Shown here piece by piece: positions 34,163 to 46,310 of a DNA stretch of 64,000 bases. Numbering within the stretch: position 1 is the first letter of the stretch; each line of letters begins with the position of its first letter. Both the position numbers and the translations under genes were made by a program. Source of the DNA: Alloascoidea hylecoeti (lineage: Eukaryota); the NCBI GenBank assembly GCA_001600815.1, contig BCKZ01000021.1, forward strand, positions 186,001-250,000, read 5' to 3'. The notes beneath the pieces are model-generated. The model worked only from the letters and a program-made list of their open reading frames with translations, was not told the origin of the DNA and searched no databases.

Positions 34163-35988
34163 TTCAAAACTAATTTGTGATGTTTAAAATAAATGATCAT
34201 TGATATAACTTGTGCATTATTCTATTATATTGGATATGAAAAAGTATATAAATATTTTATTCATGGAGATATATTTGGTTATTATGGATTTAAAGCATAT
34301 ATAGACAGGAAAGTATAGTTACAAATCATTTTTCTGTATGTAATTGTAGTATCAAAATGAATAGTTATGTTATAGAATTAATTTACATCTACATTTTAAT
34401 TCATATATCCTATAGTAGTAATTCATACAATTAGTGTTAGATGTACTCTTAAGCTTCTTTATGGTATATCTAATTATAATAGTAAAGCTTGATTATAAGA
34501 AGATTACAAGAGAGTAGCATATTAATATCAGAAACTTCGTTTAATATCCCGAATTTAATGGACACAGATATTTCTCCAAACATTGATATTTTGTAAATGT
34601 TCTTAGAATCTTTAGTAAACAAGCTCAGTTAACTGTATATTTATGTACTATGATACGTTGTGACAAAAGTTTCCTACCTAATTAGGATGTATTATTTATT
34701 TTTGGAGGGAGCTAGTGAATCGGGGCTTGAACTAAACATTACATGCACCAGTAAGTTTAATTAATAATGATAAAGAAATGTGTATTAGGGGTAACGTTAG
34801 GCGGATTGTTACGAACATAAGCTACTGGTGATATAATACTTCGCTTTCCTCACATTTTAAGGGCTGGTTCATTTTGGCCGATGGTTTTTTCACACCTATA
34901 TATAATTATATCCTGACAAAATTAATATGCGAGCCCTCCATCACTTTAATTCCTTCCTCTTAAAATCACAACATGATAACGCCAGCTTTATGAGTGGGAG
35001 AATTATCTTTCTTGAAGTTTATCCTTTTTCTGTACTTCTTCTCGAAACGACAAAGTTAGGCACTGTTAATACTAACTAATAGAGTGAATGTTTTGCGATA
35101 TTTTCTAACGGCAAATCACGGTCGACAAGCGCCAAAACGTACTAAGTGTCAAGCTGATGTAGATATTTAATAGCTTTCTTCGATCGATTTCTGTCCTCGT
35201 AATAAAGGGGTTTGGGCCTTTTGATCGCGTGAAGACTCTGAAATGCGTAGTCGCTGTATCGGGGACGTTAGTTTTCTCAAAAATCTTGCGATTGGAGTGG
35301 CTAAAATCGTGTTGCATACTGTACTAGCGCATTCGTATCTTATCGGCTTCAGTGAATCGAAGCATCTTGGGGTTGACTTGCTCATCAGGAATCTCTCTAC
35401 AGTTTTATCATTACAATTACACTTATAATCGAGTTAATATGCATTTTAGAGTCACAACTTTTTAGGAATGAAGAATCTAGAGAGATACATATTAATCTAA
35501 ATCATCTCTTCAGTTCGTTTGATGCAAATGAGTTCATGTAATCATAAGTTACTGCAGGCCTATACATTCAGTCAATATTGGCACTGGTCAGATAGTGTGA
35601 CGTTTCATACAAATATAACTTATATTATTTTTACCCAAGTTATCGATCTAAATTTAACAAAATGTTTTAGCAAATAAAGCAAAGCAAATTAATATTCATT
35701 TAACAATAAAAAAGAATAATGGTAAATATAAATAAATTTTATAGTAATAAATATGATAAAGAAATAAATTTAAAAGTTGTGAAAGATAATTAAACAAAGA
35801 CAAAATATATGAAGCTATATGAAGCTATACTTATTGCTCGTAACAAAATGAAATAGGATATGATAAGAAAAAATAACTGAAACACATGTTTTATGCAAAT
35901 AATTTAACTTATACTTAACAGTTGATAAGTTTACATGTAAAAATAAATAAAAACAGAATAAAATAAAATAAAATAAAAGGTAAAAACG

Positions 35989-38013
35989 TTATGATGTAGT
36001 TTCAGTAACTTTAATATTCACTTCCTTTGGACTTATTTTTGAACTTATAGATGTTGGTTCATTTTCTTTATTATCATTATTATCATCATTATCAATACCA
36101 CTTATTGATTGAGATGGCGATACATTTTTACTACCAATTGGTGTACTTTCAACACTTGTTCTACCAGATTCTAATTGTTTTTCTAACTCTCTTTGTTTTT
36201 TGCCTTCTTTCTTCTTTAATCTTTGAGCTTGTCTTCTCTTTTGATAACTTCTTCTTGTTTTTTCTTCTTTTAATTTAACTTCAACGGGAACTAAATTTAA
36301 TCTTCTTAATTGAATTCTTTGATCTTCAACTTTAAATGATTTCATAACAGGTCTTGTTGATGTTGATCTAATACTAGTTTCTCTTTTTAATGATGATGTT
36401 ATCGTTGCATCTGAAGCTGTTATTGGAGTTTCTGATAATGGAGTTCCAGCTTCTGAACCATTTGTAGTTAATTTATTTGCTTTTTTAATATCTAATTTTG
36501 CTAATCCATCTCTTAAATCATCCAAAATTGAAGTTGAACGTTTATGAAGACCAAATTTATTACGTGCAGGACTACTATTAACAGCTTGTGATAATGATAA
36601 TGGTAATCTTGGAGTTGATGGAGTTGAATTACCGTCATTATTTGCATTATTATTCATCATTTCATTTAATTGAGCAGATCTTTGAATTGCTGCTTTTTGT
36701 AATTCATGACTTTCTTCTAATTTTGGTGTATTATTATTATTATTATTTTTTGGGTCATCAAATAAAGATCTTGCCCTTGCATGTTTAAATCTGAAATTTA
36801 ACTGATTTGGACTAGGTTGATTTTCAATTCTTTCATTTATCGATTTTCCAAATGCAACAGCTCTTGCTTGTTGTTGTTGATGAATAGGAGTATAAGAAGA
36901 TCTTGCAGACATTGGAGTTCCTAATGGACTAAAATGTCTTCCCTCTGGAGACATCAGTGAGCCAAATTGCCTTGAACCAGGAGTAAGTGGTGGTCCTTGT
37001 TGAGGATGTGATGGACTAAATGATGGAGCAGCCGGTGACATTGGTTTTCGAGGGAAATCAAAGTTTTGAGGTTGCCTTGGACTTTCCCAAGATAATTGAT
37101 TATTATTAAAATTTGTAGAATTAGAATTACCATTACCATTGGTAACTCCTAATCCTAGATTTGGAATTGATGAAGAATATTGGTGACGATATTGTTTAGG
37201 TTGAGTTTGACTTTGACTTCGTGAACGTGATACTGATTGCGGAGTTTGATTTTGAATTTGTAATTGAGTAGTATTGTTTTGAGTTTGGGGGTTAAAACCT
37301 TGATTTGTTGACTGAGGTTTAGATTTAGGAATTCTATTATTTAATTCAAATTTTTCTAAACCAGATTTTAAATCATCCAAAACAGTTAAAGTACGTGAAT
37401 GTCTTTTATTAATGATGACATTATTATTATTATTAGTGTTGTAATTATTATTATTGTTAAGATTTATACTATTAGTACCAGACGAATTATCCTTTTGAGG
37501 AGCGCCATTTAAAAGAACAGGTTTACGAGAAGATTTCTGATTTGTTTTTGGTATTAATAGATACTCGGAAGTTTTGGATAAATCATAAACAATAGTATTA
37601 CATTTCTTACACCTGATGGGAGAAGAAACTAGGTCACAAAACGCCTTGATTTTCTCAGCATCGTATTCAATATCTTCGTCCGAAGTGGTGGTAGTGCCAG
37701 CACCAGCACCAGCACCAGCACCAGCACCAGCACCAACAAGAGATTGTTGATCCACATTAAACTGAGAACTATTTGTATTGAAGTTGATTTTAGGTCTGTG
37801 AATAGGATTAAAGCCTTGAGGTTTTTGTATTTTAGTGTAACGAGTGAGGTTTTCGACCCAAAGTTCTAGAATGTTTAGTTGGTGAGTTATTCCCTGTTTA
37901 AGAGACTCCAGATTCTCATTTTTGGAGGCGACAGCCTTTGCCAGAATGTCTATCTGGTTGTTCCACATTGTGATCTGGGATCTGGGTATAGCTATCATTT
38001 CCTCGTCCGACAT
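35989..38013 (-). CDS. Uncharacterised, largely disordered 674-aa protein (N-terminal coiled coil and CxxC, repeated HxRxxS/T motifs)
   Basis: Long uninterrupted ORF with N/Q/S-rich tracts typical of genes in this window. No catalytic domain was recognised. Confidence 0.8.
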   Translation of the reverse strand: MSDEEMIAIPRSQITMWNNQIDILAKAVASKNENLESLKQGITHQLNILELWVENLTRYTKIQKPQGFNPIHRPKINFNTNSSQFNVDQQSLVGAGAGAGAGAGAGTTTTSDEDIEYDAEKIKAFCDLVSSPIRCKKCNTIVYDLSKTSEYLLIPKTNQKSSRKPVLLNGAPQKDNSSGTNSINLNNNNNYNTNNNNNVIINKRHSRTLTVLDDLKSGLEKFELNNRIPKSKPQSTNQGFNPQTQNNTTQLQIQNQTPQSVSRSRSQSQTQPKQYRHQYSSSIPNLGLGVTNGNGNSNSTNFNNNQLSWESPRQPQNFDFPRKPMSPAAPSFSPSHPQQGPPLTPGSRQFGSLMSPEGRHFSPLGTPMSARSSYTPIHQQQQARAVAFGKSINERIENQPSPNQLNFRFKHARARSLFDDPKNNNNNNTPKLEESHELQKAAIQRSAQLNEMMNNNANNDGNSTPSTPRLPLSLSQAVNSSPARNKFGLHKRSTSILDDLRDGLAKLDIKKANKLTTNGSEAGTPLSETPITASDATITSSLKRETSIRSTSTRPVMKSFKVEDQRIQLRRLNLVPVEVKLKEEKTRRSYQKRRQAQRLKKKEGKKQRELEKQLESGRTSVESTPIGSKNVSPSQSISGIDNDDNNDNKENEPTSISSKISPKEVNIKVTETTS

Positions 38014-38850
38014 TGTTGAAAAGAGATCTAGAGAGTATGGAGGAAGGAGAGAGGAGGCACAACTTTTATGTTTTCATGCAAGCTTAAATATTATGTATGC
38101 ATTCCCTTTCTCCTTTCGGAATCCTCAACGGCCAAAACGCTTGAAACGCGAGTAACGCGAGGGTTGGATGGTCACGTGTACACGCCTGAACCCTCCCCTG
38201 CTCTGAAACGTCTCTTCGGTGCTGTTTCTATGCTGCGACTATGCTCCATGCCCCGTGCCCCGTGCCCCATGCGCTCCGTGCCATACTACTTCACATTCAC
38301 GAAGGCCGTGTTGCCGCGACAACCACCCTATTTACAACCTGTTGAAGTACAGATCGGATTCTGCGATATGTTTGAAACTTAAAGGAAAATTATTCTTGAA
38401 ACTGCCGAAACATTTGTCACCCAGGTGACGGAATGTCTTGAGAAATCTTAATTCTGAGCCATGGGAAGTAGTTGAAACGACTCCACATTGTCACATTGTC
38501 CACAATGAACCACGATAACTATATGTATGTTACAATTACGAATACAAGGTGCACGTGCTTGCTGTTTTTTGGTTCGTATCTTGATAACCACTAAAATCTG
38601 GCTTTGGTCGACCCTCCACCAACAAACAATAGTTATAATTATAGGGCTCAGCTTCTAACCACCCAATTGATATCATGCATGATTGAATTCTCCACACAAT
38701 AAAACTTGTGGGAGGGCAGTCTGCATCATTGGGAAGAATCCTCATTTTTTGAAGGACAATCCAGATTCCAGACTGTGTTGGTCAAACATATATTGTTATC
38801 CCTCAGAGTTGAAATAGTTATCGTTACGTCCCTAGCTTACCACTTAGTAT

Positions 38851-38887
38851 AACTAATTGTCTAACTAATTGTCTAACTAATTGTCTA
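38851..38887. repeat. 12-bp tandem repeat (AACTAATTGTCT) x3
   Basis: Direct inspection of the sequence. Confidence 0.8.
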
Positions 38888-38990
38888 CTTAAGTGACAAA
38901 GGCATAGTGTGTTGGTGATTCTAATGCTTTAAATTCATATTAATCACAGATTTTATAACTTTAACTTCTTCTAGCTTGCCATCTCCAACT

Positions 38991-39605
38991 TCTCCTTTAG
39001 AAGTTATTCATATGGATCTTTGTGACCCCATTAATCTTCCTGATTATTTTACTAGTTACTAATGCCTACTCAGGTTCTATGCATAGTTGATTCTTGAAAT
39101 TACAAGAACATACAGTAGGGACCATAAATGAATATGTATGTAGCATTCTCTGAGACTCAAACTGACCATAAGGTTAAGAGAGTTCAGGTATAATATATGT
39201 TATATATACCGATCGTGGTGGTGGGTTTATTGATGAAATGTTAACTCAATTCTACCGTAAACGAGATATAGTGTGCTACAGCTAGTGCTAGCCATACCTC
39301 TCAAAGTAGTGGCAGAGCTGAGCGTGCTAATCGTACGGCCGCTACAAATGGCCGCACCATTTTACATAGCTATAGTATTACACCCTGTATGTGGTGAGTC
39401 CTTTGCGATAATGCATTGTCTCAATTTAGATGACTCGCAATGTTTTGGTGCATTGCAGCTGTGTTATTATAAGTCTCTTATACGGTAGTGATGCTAAACT
39501 CGAAAGTCCTTCATCTGAAATTGTTTATGTCAAACAGCCCTTTGGATATTTCTCGAGGTGATCGTTCTCAAGTTCATTGGCTTGAACGAGCTTTGTATGG
39601 GTTGA
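38991..39605 (+). mobile_element. Ty1/copia pol relic (integrase core and RT fragment, internally deleted)
   Basis: Integrase DDE blocks SPLEVIHMDLCDP, YTDRGGGF and PQSSGRAERANRT are followed by RT blocks EIVYVKQPFGY and VHWLERALYGL. Integrase before RT is the copia order. Confidence 0.8.
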
Positions 39606-40458
39606 ATTCTTCTCCTGCTTGACATACTATGTGTATAAAAAAATCTAATTGTCACAACATAAAGCTAAGATATTTCTACACTTTTTGTATTAATTCTTCT
39701 TAATTATAGGTTTAATCGGGGAAATGAAAAAAAAAAATTATTGTATTATGGTTGTTTATGTAAATGATTGTTTTTCACTAAGGCCAAATGGAAAAACAAT
39801 GATAAAATTACAGCACATGGCTAAGAACTTATTATTATCATGAGATTAAACCTTTAGGATCTGTCAATAATTTCACTGGTCTATAGAAATTACTAATGAA
39901 TATACATCTATTTATCAGAGTGATTATACCACAAACTTGGAAACTCTTTTCGATATAAATGAAAAGAATAAATATGCTCCAATATTAAAGCCTAATATTA
40001 ATTTGTCCTTCAATGTATATCACGCCGGAGTATACCGAGTCCCAGCTATTATGCACCGTTTGACGCACAACAAACTATAATAACTAAGGATTTATTTATT
40101 GCAATGGATCTATTTGATGAATCTAAAATGAATGGAATATGGAAGTCAATGAATAATATGTGTAGATGATCATCAAATGTTGGATAATAGATGTCGAATT
40201 GTCTGAGCTCCTGATTATGACAAATAATCTTAGTTTATAGTATCAATTATAAGTTATAAAATTACATTTCAACTCCTTTTTTTTCCTTTTTCTTTCCCCT
40301 TTTACCATAACAATTGCAAATAGGATTTTTTTCTTCTTTCCTGTATTTACTTTTATATATACTGACATAGGTTTTATAATCTTCATATTTTTAATTTTCC
40401 GTAAGGTGAGCTTCTTAGTTACATTTTATGTCACAGCCAATTAACCGAATATAGAATA

Positions 40459-41565
40459 ATGAAAAACAATTTAGATAAAGCCATTTTATGCCTTGTCGGG
40501 GCTTCAATTGCAAAAGAACTGCAATTAGATACAGGTAGGTACATTTGCATATTCTAATCTTGTTATTTGAGAAGATATTCTAGATTATCATTTTCCAGGA
40601 AAATTCCCAGTCAAAATTACTGACTTCAACTTAATGCATCGGTCTTTGGCTTCAATAAAACTTCTGTTTCTATCAGTGCTGAAGTTTCTGATGAATTTTG
40701 CTATAGCACCTCATTTGTGGAAATGAATAAAGGGGATCTAAATCGGGTCTCTGTTTGTGGGAATTTTCAAGGAAATTTAATTATTTCTCCTAAATTTAAG
40801 GAGATAGAAATCAATCTAAATCATTTAAGACAAGTTGAAGATAATTTGATTGTAAGCGAAATTAAGAATAATTATATTTTCAAGGCCCCATATTTGGAAA
40901 CTGTTGCCGGTTCAATGAAATTTGAAAAAGTAACTGATCTGGAAAAAATTGATATGCCAAAATTAAGTAGAGTTGAAAACTCAATTTATATTACTGATAA
41001 TTCTTTGGCTATGAAATTCTCGCTTCCAAATCTTGTTCTAGCTAATAATATTATTATTAAAAGTGTTTCTGAATTAAATCTTGACTCTTTACAAATAGTA
41101 ACAAGATCTTTCAAACTTTTTCAAAGTTCCTCGTCAAGTCTTTCTGCACCACAGTTAAAGTTAATTGGTAATACTTTAACTATCAATGGAAAAAAATACC
41201 TATTTCCTAATACTTGAATATTTGGGTGGTTCTTTAATTATTGTTGATAATAATATTAAGAGTATTGATGGTTTTAATAGCTTACAAACTATAAATGGAG
41301 GAGATCATGAAGAGGTGTTTACAGCCCACTTGGAAGGGAACTTTGATTATATTCAATTTAACAGGTTAAAACTTATTAAAGGTAGTACATATCTATATCT
41401 AGTATTTACATCAATTACATTTGACTGGTCTACTTGCTTCTTGAATATCATCAAATATATCTCTAGGAGAAATGATTAAATGCTGCAAAAGAGTTCAGTA
41501 CTTTGGAAGGGTTGGATACTATTTGTTGCTTTTCTAGTATTTACTATTTTTATTATCGCCCTCTG
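40459..41565 (+). pseudogene. SPS2/ECM33-family (receptor L-domain, GPI-type) gene, frameshifted
   Basis: Signal-like exon MKNNLDKAILCLVGASIA is followed by L-domain repeats (CGNFQGNLII, APYLETVAGS, MPKLSRV, APQLKLIGNTL). A frameshift at about 41208 splits FPN/LEYLGGSLII, and the 3' end is further disrupted. Confidence 0.65.
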
Positions 41566-41619
41566 AGCCATATTTCAATATGGGCGGGGGTTCTACAAAA
41601 TAGAAAAAGATACCAAGCT

Positions 41620-41850
41620 TAAACATTTTTGATATTTCACTATAAATATATGATAGATTCCATTTTATGTTATGATACATCATAAGAATACTGCACATTA
41701 GAGATGGTGTATGAAAATCATCCTGACATTTGTTACTTCGTCATTCGCATTTCTGTTTAAAGGGCGAAGTCAAGTTAGAGTTAATGAACAATATTCTAAC
41801 CTCCATCATGCCTGTGAATTTACTAAGCCAGGTTCCATACCCTGCTTAGA
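41620..41850 (+). mobile_element. Possible non-LTR (LINE) reverse-transcriptase relic
   Basis: FDISL*IYDRFH resembles LD..KAYDRV.H. It is followed by FAFLFKGRSQVRVNEQYS, which resembles FL..R...VRVNG..S. Confidence 0.35.
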
Positions 41851-43893
41851 GCAATTTTTTGGTTAGTAATGATGTGTGGAATGATGTGTGGAATGATGAG
41901 AAGAACATTTATCAGTGCATTGATGAGTTTCGACAAATTCCTCAATTATGAACCACGAACAACCTATAGGTCATTTTTGCAAGCAAGAATCATTACCATA
42001 CGAATAGGAGTAAGTGTACCTATATTGTCTTTAAATTTACACACAATATGATATTTAAATATCTCTTTTCTAACATTACAATTGCAAAGGCTCGATAAAC
42101 AAAGTCATATTATTTTACCTAAAGATTCATTTAAATTATTTAGTAATAATAAATGATATAGATATTATTTCAAACAGTTCTAGTTCTAAAAGGTTTAATC
42201 CATTGATAACTAATATCTTTTTAAGAAAACATTTATTTAAGGACTTTATTGATGAAGATTGATGTATCATTGGGCAAGAAGATCTCTATGATTATTAATA
42301 CTGCAATGATAAATGTCCAAAATGAATTAAACCATGCTATAAGAAATACTAGTGATAATCATAAAGAAACTTTCTGTAATGAATTTAATAGTTTTAAAAC
42401 TGAGTGAGAAATGTTGTGTAAAACAACAAATAAAGTCAACTGAAAATTTATCTAATTATTTTTGGATCGTTATGAGAGTGGTAAGTTATATCATGTTTTA
42501 CTGTAGCTACACTTTAGTTTCTAACTATACCATGAAGAATATTCTTAATATTTATCAAGAATTGCACAAAACTACTGTAACAATAGTTGACAGACAGAAT
42601 AAGATACAAGAAAACATGGACTACAAATTCAAGAAAGGTTAGAACTTTTTTAAAAATGGGATTGATTAGATAAGATAGGAATAATCACTATTTTGAATGA
42701 AAGTTCTAATGATCTATCAATTAGAAACTTAAAAAGAATCTAAAACATTACTTTCTATACAATAATATTAATAACAGGGTTTAAATTAACTTCTATTGGC
42801 AACATTTTCTTATTCTCACAATAACTCAAATGAGTTAATCATGATCAAAATGAAGGGACTATTAGTATATCTACCGAATCATCAGGTACCATAAACTCAA
42901 TTTTGCTAATTTGAATTGCAGTTTCATTTATACTCGACAAATCCCTTTCACGTTACTTTTCAAATAATTCAGAAGAAACATACCGCAATATTTTTTTAAA
43001 TAATTTAATGATCAAGACAGAATCAAATTTAAAGGTAGATCTTGCAAAACTACTTGATACAGTTTATATGTTGGTTCTTATTTTATTTTATTGATTGTTT
43101 GATTGACAATATAAATAATCTGAAATTTTTATTAATATATTTAAAGATTTATTAAAAAAAAGTTTAAAAAAACGCATGCATATGATGAGTGTTTATCATA
43201 ATTCCAAGAAACCTTCCTCTAATATTATGTTACCATCGTGCTTCTCTATATCATAAATTCATAATACAACTTAATTGAGATAACATTAATTAGTTTCAAT
43301 TGGCATTTAATCATAAAATGATATATGTTAATAAAATAAAAGTTAATTAGTAATAATATAAATGACAATATATATAGCGATAGTTACAATACGAAATATG
43401 ATAAATCAATGAATATAATATAATATAGTATAATAAGAGAAAAGGTAAAAAAAAAAAAAATACAATATAAATATTGTAATAAGATAAATCTTCTAAAAGC
43501 TATTCCAAAAAACAAGAAAAAGAAGTTAAAAACGAATACCAATGCAATCAATTGAAAAACTAATTCACTTTCATCATAAAGGAAGAAAATAAAAAGAATA
43601 TATTATCAAAATAAATAAAACTCGAGTTAATTGTCAGATGAAAAAGATGTAAGTATATGGAATTGGAATTGGAAAATGAGAATGATAATGATAAAGGACG
43701 AGATGGGCTGGACCTCGAGGGAAATAAATAAGTGAATAAAAGGAATTATAAAATAGAGAAATTGAATGATGTAGTAACTTATAGGACGATGGAAAATAAT
43801 AAATAACATATATACAATCAAAATCAAAAAAAAAAAAGATATTTTAATTGGGATAGACATAATAAAGAATTATTTGAAAGGAATCTAAATGGA

Positions 43894-45150
43894 TTATTGA
43901 AACAATAAACTAGCTGCTAAGTCTGCATTTCCATCTGTTAATTGAAGTGCAACAAGTGCTTGATCACGGCTAAATCCTAAATTAGTTAACATTTTAATTT
44001 TATCTTCTGGGAAATCAGGCATCTGAGGAGCTGTTTTTGCCTTCTCTTCTTTTGGCTTTTCTTCCTTTTTCTTGTCTTCTTTTGGCTTTTCTTCTTTTGA
44101 CTTTTCTTCTTTTGGTTTTTCTGCTTTCGCAGGCTCATCAGAAGTTGAAGCAGTTGAACCTTGTTCTTCAAATGCATCTTTTGGTAGTTCAGATTCAGGT
44201 AAGAATGAAGTTTGTGATTCACCAAGTACTAAAATATTATTCTTCAAATCAATTATACCCTGATGACGTTTTAACATATCAAGACCTAATAATAAATCAA
44301 CACTTTGACCTTCAATAACAGTAAATGAACACGGTAAAAATGATGTACCAACTTTGATTGGAGCACTATGAATTCTACCTAAAATATTGGCAGTACCAAC
44401 ACCTTTTGCAACACCTTTAAATCGTTGATCTAAAAGTCTAAGAATTCCACATTTGTCAGCACATTCAGGGCTTATAATAGTTGCTTGAGCACCAGAATCA
44501 ACAAAAGCTTTGACGGCAAACCCATTAACTTCAACGTTAATATATAACATTGTGACTCTACCAAAAGCTTCTGGATTATGCTCCAAAGCATTTTCCAAAT
44601 TTTCAGCAATTTGCTCCTGTCTAATAATTTCTAAGATTCTCTTTTGATTGTCTTCATCGTCAGGATTTGTACTTAATTTTAATAATTCATCTTTAATAGC
44701 TCTATCCTGTTGTCTTCTCTCTTTATCAATTGCTAACATTTTATCTTTAAATTTGATTGGATCATTAATAACCGGAGTTAAATCGGGGTAGGCACCTAAT
44801 AATCGTTGTTTTAAATCATCATCGAGACTGATCTGCAGTCTTAATCTTTCAATTTCAGCTTCGAACGGATTCTCGGGTGGTGGAGGTGGTGAAGGTGGGG
44901 CAGGGTCTGCCACTGGCTTCTTTTTTTGCCTCCTTTCCACTATAATGAGTTCATCACCTTGGAATCCCCATTCATTTAATATTTTATCATCACCAACAAG
45001 TGGGTTTAATTGAAAGAAAATTATCATTTCATCAACTGGTATTCCGGTTTCGCATTCAATATATGCTTTGAAATCAGCTAATGTCATGGAAGTTGAAACT
45101 TCCAAGGAGATTAACTCCTTCAGGTTTTCGAGAGCTAAAGTAAGTCTCAT
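43894..45150 (-). CDS. DDI1: Ddi1 (UBL, helical domain, retroviral-type aspartic protease, UBA)
   Basis: Motifs MLYINVEVNG..VKAFVDSGAQATI, GVGTANILGRIH and DLLLGLDMLKRHQ. The C-terminal UBA is LTNLGFSRDQALVAL...NADLAASLLF. Confidence 0.95.
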   Translation of the reverse strand: MRLTLALENLKELISLEVSTSMTLADFKAYIECETGIPVDEMIIFFQLNPLVGDDKILNEWGFQGDELIIVERRQKKKPVADPAPPSPPPPPENPFEAEIERLRLQISLDDDLKQRLLGAYPDLTPVINDPIKFKDKMLAIDKERRQQDRAIKDELLKLSTNPDDEDNQKRILEIIRQEQIAENLENALEHNPEAFGRVTMLYINVEVNGFAVKAFVDSGAQATIISPECADKCGILRLLDQRFKGVAKGVGTANILGRIHSAPIKVGTSFLPCSFTVIEGQSVDLLLGLDMLKRHQGIIDLKNNILVLGESQTSFLPESELPKDAFEEQGSTASTSDEPAKAEKPKEEKSKEEKPKEDKKKEEKPKEEKAKTAPQMPDFPEDKIKMLTNLGFSRDQALVALQLTDGNADLAASLLFQ

Positions 45151-45686
45151 GTTTATGTTCTTGTGTACGGATCCGTAGAGCAGATATAAAAATAGAAAAG
45201 GGTTAACTTTTGTGGTGTTGAGAGTTTTGATGTTGATCGTAAAAGTGAAAAAAAAAAAGTTGAAATGCGCTGATCCAGATATTTATAATCTTTTCAATTG
45301 GAATTGAAAAAGTTAAAACGGTAGTATACATTTATTATACGAATTTTATCATTGATTCAAGCTGATCATATCCACATTATTATTGATTTAATTTTTGAAA
45401 ATCCCGTTCTAATTCTTAAACTGTCTCCTACTATTTAAGTATACGTACTCATATATTTACTATGATACTTAGTTTGGTTATACCTGACCATTTATCACTT
45501 TAATAGTGTTGAGAAAATTTATTTTGGAGGAAAAGAATCGAAACTACGATTACAGGATCAAACCTGAGATTTAAGACAGAACGAGGCCTCAAATATTGTG
45601 CTATGGGACTTTTTTTTTTTTGGATAGCGGCAATTTTTCTATTTTTTCGGGAATATTAATAAAAAATAATTCATAAAAACTCAGCA

Positions 45687-45759
45687 TGCCTCAAGTCGGA
45701 TTCGAACCAACGATCTTAACATTACTAGTGTTACGCCTTACCAACTTGGCCATCAAGGC
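45687..45759 (-). tRNA. tRNA-Thr(AGT)
   Basis: 73-nt cloverleaf with acceptor GCCTTGA/TTGAGGC, D-arm TGGCCAAGTTGGTAAGGC, anticodon arm TAACA-CTAGTAA-TGTTA and T-loop GGTTCGAATCC. A T5 Pol III terminator lies just downstream. Confidence 0.95.
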
Positions 45760-46310
45760 TGGCTCTTTCTCTGCGTGGGAACTCATTATTTGACTTGACT
45801 ATGACTTATCATACAAAACCGACCTAAGAATAGAGGTTTTTATTTCACTATATATAGTAGAGATTTCCTCAGAATTTACATAGTTTCTAGTTATATAATT
45901 TAATTGGAAAATATATGAAAAGTTAAAAAAAAAACTTATTTATTATTTCTCTACTACATTTTCTTATTTCTTTGTTACATTTTAATATTTCTTCATGACA
46001 TTTTTATGTCTTTGCCGTATTTTAACACTACTTTAAGTGTTCTATAAATATATATTGGATTATTTATATAAAATAGGGATTTATTTAACGTAATTTCAGG
46101 GACAATATTAACAAATTTCAAGAGAGCCATTTTTGACAAATTGTAAATTATGTGTCAGAGTAATTATTTAACAAATCCAACGACAATTATTTAATCATTT
46201 GTGGTTATTCATATAAATTTAAAGCCATTTTTCATAGATACTCAAACAATAAAAAGAAAGTAAAAATAAAAATAAAACTCTAAAATTAATAATACAAGTT
46301 TATTTTCTTT

